A DNA stretch of 20,000 nt, from IMG/VR virus record IMGVR_UViG_3300020578_000049, one strand, 5' to 3'. Positions 17,837 to 20,000 of the stretch are shown piece by piece (within the stretch, counting starts at the first letter, position 1; every line of letters begins with the position of its first letter). The DNA comes from an uncultured virus (IMG/VR IMGVR_UViG_3300020578_000049) (Duplodnaviria; Heunggongvirae; Uroviricota; Caudoviricetes). The position numbers and the translations under genes were made by a program. The notes beneath the pieces were generated by a model. It was given only the letters and a program-made list of their open reading frames with translations, did no database searches and was not told the DNA's origin.

Positions 17837-18123
17837 TCTTTTTTTTCTGGAACACCACTATCAACTAGTAGATATTTTTTTATAAAAACTAAAAGTTCTT
17901 CATCTGACATTTTGTTCATTGCAAGAGCTAAACTCTTTTCACCATCGTGAGAGTCACTAAAGTCAACACCATTAATATAGAATTTTTATTTATTAACACT
18001 TACCGTTTCAATATTTGACCTTTCAATCGGTTTTGGCTTTGGCATTACAGTTGGGTAACCTTCTTTTTGACCAAAAGAATTAAAAGAAAATAATAAAGTT
18101 AAAACTAAAACTAACTTTTTCAT
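17833..18123 (-). pseudogene. Signal-peptide protein gene (96 codons) interrupted by an in-frame TAA at 17988-17986; absent from the ORF track
   Basis: MKKLVLVLTLLFSFNSFG-QKEGYPTVMPKPKPIERSNIETVSVNK*KFYINGVDFSDSHDGEKSLALAMNKMSDEELLVFIKKYLLVDSGVPEKKD*. Confidence 0.7.
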
Positions 18124-18133
18124 ATTATATAAA

Positions 18134-18565
18134 TTATTGGTTATTACTATTTGAAATTCTTTCTAATACATTATGTAACGAATTTTTAATCTGAGAGTTG
18201 ATTGTTTCTTCGTATTTTAATCTTCTTTTTTCTGTTTCCATATCAAAAATATATGTGACTCTTTCCCAATCTCTACCGGTAAGTTTAACACTATAATGAT
18301 ATATGTGATTTGTTAAATCGATTCTACCATAATCCATAGTAATAAAAAGGTCGATTTCTTTATTTTCAATATACCTTTTATTTGACATTGGTGCAATCAT
18401 AAATTTGGTTGATGGGTGTTTTATCACTTGAAGGCAAATTTGGAAACAAGTTTTCTCATAAGATGAAACTTCTTCTTCATATGTTTTAAACATTTTACCT
18501 TTTTTACTTAATAAGTAAAATCTTAATTTTAACCTCCTAAAAAATCTGACTATTCTTTTTATCAT
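18134..18565 (-). CDS. Hypothetical protein (143 aa)
   Basis: ORF preceded by a consensus Bacteroidota promoter. Confidence 0.8.
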   Translation of the reverse strand: MIKRIVRFFRRLKLRFYLLSKKGKMFKTYEEEVSSYEKTCFQICLQVIKHPSTKFMIAPMSNKRYIENKEIDLFITMDYGRIDLTNHIYHYSVKLTGRDWERVTYIFDMETEKRRLKYEETINSQIKNSLHNVLERISNSNNQ

Positions 18566-18583
18566 ATCTTTAACTTAACTCCA

Positions 18584-18616
18584 CAAAGATATAAAAAAAA
18601 TAATTATACTTCCAAA
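18584..18616 (-). promoter_or_regulatory. Bacteroidota sigma-A promoter (-33 TTTG, -7 TAnnTTTG)
   Basis: Minus strand TTTG (18616-18613), 21-nt spacer, TATCTTTG (18591-18584), 18 nt before the ATG at 18565. Confidence 0.75.
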
Positions 18617-18632
18617 TTATTTTAAGTTATTT

Positions 18633-19094
18633 TTAACAATATGCCCCAGAACATCTTTTTTTACCATCAAGACCTGGTTTTGTTCCTTTACAAACTTGTA
18701 CGGCGTAACCATTGGCGTAAGCACTAGGATACACGTCAAATTTTGCTTTGGCCGCTGCCTTTCCTCTGGCACATAGTTTTGTTCCAGTTTTTTTTCTTCC
18801 TTCAGCCATCACCATATCTTTATCATCAATATTCATTGACATTTCAATACCATCTTTTTTTGATTCATTCATAATAAAATCAAATACTTGATCCATATTG
18901 TTTTTTGCTTCAGCTATGTGATCTTGGGCCCAGTCATGTCCATTTTCTAAAATTGACTCAACCATTTCTTCATCTAAATCAAGTAATAAATCACATTGTC
19001 TTCTCATTTGTTGTAGGTTTGAAAAGAACATATATCTTGACGACCCGTGTTCTTCTTCTCTTAAAACCTTTCTAATTATTCTATCTAAATTCAT
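18633..19094 (-). CDS. Modular hypothetical protein (likely start 19094): LDRIIRKVLREE leader, helical domain, C-terminal basic Cys-rich YPSAYANG domain
   Basis: ATG 19094 lies 10 nt after the upstream stop. The track start at 19112 is also possible. Confidence 0.75.
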   Translation of the reverse strand: MNLDRIIRKVLREEEHGSSRYMFFSNLQQMRRQCDLLLDLDEEMVESILENGHDWAQDHIAEAKNNMDQVFDFIMNESKKDGIEMSMNIDDKDMVMAEGRKKTGTKLCARGKAAAKAKFDVYPSAYANGYAVQVCKGTKPGLDGKKRCSGAYC

Positions 19095-19104
19095 ATCTAA
19101 TATG

Positions 19105-19722
19105 TTAAGCATTTAATCCGTTTGGTCCTCCTAAGACAACCATATTTAATTGTGTTACAGGTGTTCCATAACCATCTGTCCATACTGGGTGTGGTGGTGT
19201 TACAGCTGTTGATCCAGTAAATTCACAATCTGGAATACAAATAAAATTTTCTGTATTTGCACTTCTTGGTGGTGATGTAGTAGTTGTTGTAGTAGTACAA
19301 TCACAATCATCGTAAATTGAGGAATCGTGTGAGCTGTATCCTTCAGTAGGGTCATCACTAATAGCACCAATAAGTTGAGCACAAACTGTGGTATCATCGA
19401 CTGCATAGTCGAATAAAAAAAACGGTGGTTGAAATTCTGGACAAAAAGCTTGTGAATTTATAATAAATTCTGTTGGTTCCTCTTCCTCTCCACATATTTG
19501 AAATACTAAATTTAATTCGTTTTCTCGAAAACATTCACAACAAGTACCATACGTGTCCCCAAGGACTGAATCGGAAGAATCTATGGTTTCTTCTACTACT
19601 ACTCCGCAATAAATGGCTTCTCCAAAATATAAACTTATAAAGTCACCTAGATTTAAGGTGTCACTCGAAGAAACAATAAATGTATCTTCAGTAATACAAT
19701 TTCGTACTAAATAATTTGTCAT
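19105..19722 (-). CDS. Acidic Cys-rich protein with a poly-Thr linker (205 aa), possibly virion surface
   Basis: CCEC, CDC and CIPDC motifs, TTTTTTTSPP linker, conserved-looking tail PPHPVWTDGYG..VTQLN.V.LGG.NGLN. Confidence 0.7.
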   Translation of the reverse strand: MTNYLVRNCITEDTFIVSSSDTLNLGDFISLYFGEAIYCGVVVEETIDSSDSVLGDTYGTCCECFRENELNLVFQICGEEEEPTEFIINSQAFCPEFQPPFFLFDYAVDDTTVCAQLIGAISDDPTEGYSSHDSSIYDDCDCTTTTTTTSPPRSANTENFICIPDCEFTGSTAVTPPHPVWTDGYGTPVTQLNMVVLGGPNGLNA

Positions 19723-19734
19723 ATTTTTATTTTT

Positions 19735-20000
19735 TTATTTTTTATTAACTATTTGAAACTTTATCTGTTTCTTATAAGTATTTATCTCTCCCGATGAAAT
19801 CACTTTAATATCAATAAAATATTCATTAGGTATTTTATCTCTTGTATCAAATATAAAATAATATTCATTTGGTGTTCTATTTAGTTTAGTCCAATCCTGG
19901 ACTTGAACTTCTGTTTGACCCTCCCTAACATATATTCTATAATAAGATTCTATTTTTGGTAATTGTTGGTTTTTTGTATAAGCTTTTTTAATTATTACAC
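19735..20000 (-). CDS. C-terminal end of a beta-rich protein running in from beyond the window
   Basis: Open frame VIIKKAYTKNQQLPKIESYYRIYVREGQTEVQVQDWTKLNRTPNEYYFIFDTRDKIPNEYFIDIKVISSGEINTYKKQIKFQIVNKK*, stop at 19737-19735. Confidence 0.8.
   Translation of the reverse strand, partial: VIIKKAYTKNQQLPKIESYYRIYVREGQTEVQVQDWTKLNRTPNEYYFIFDTRDKIPNEYFIDIKVISSGEINTYKKQIKFQIVNKK

Noticed and set aside
1..20000. Alternative genetic code (TAG/TGA recoding as in some large phages)
   Set aside because: Core genes are full-length in the standard code, and TAA and TGA both end tightly packed genes.
1..20000. tRNA or structured ncRNA genes
   Set aside because: Intergenic gaps are short and explained by terminators and promoters; no cloverleaf or T-loop pattern was seen.

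Overview
AT-rich, densely coding segment of a large T4-like (myovirus-type) phage genome in the standard genetic code, most likely infecting Bacteroidota (Flavobacteriia-like). It holds the head/packaging module: TerL (4843-6615), portal (6958-8739), prohead protease (10233-10949), acidic scaffold/core (11291-12928) and major capsid protein (12998-14839). A phage-encoded ribosomal protein bS21 sits antisense between portal and protease, the arrangement described for freshwater 'bS21 phages'. An HNH-type endonuclease follows the capsid gene. Beyond this annotation I see five things. (1) A recurring sense-strand TATTTAT element, the reverse complement of the T4 late promoter core, lies before nearly every structural gene and forms a 16-bp palindrome between two divergent genes. 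(2) Host-type TAnnTTTG promoter elements precede some non-structural genes. (3) Several unknown proteins share an amphipathic '(I/L)(I/V)(R/K)x(V/I)(L/I)xE' leader and look like head-packaged polyproteins cut by the prohead protease. (4) Two adjacent convergent reading frames (16313-17836 +, 17833-18123 -) are each broken by one in-frame TAA. (5) The bS21 has His where Flavobacterium has the anti-SD-sequestering Tyr54. Family assignments come from motif recognition only; no searches were run.
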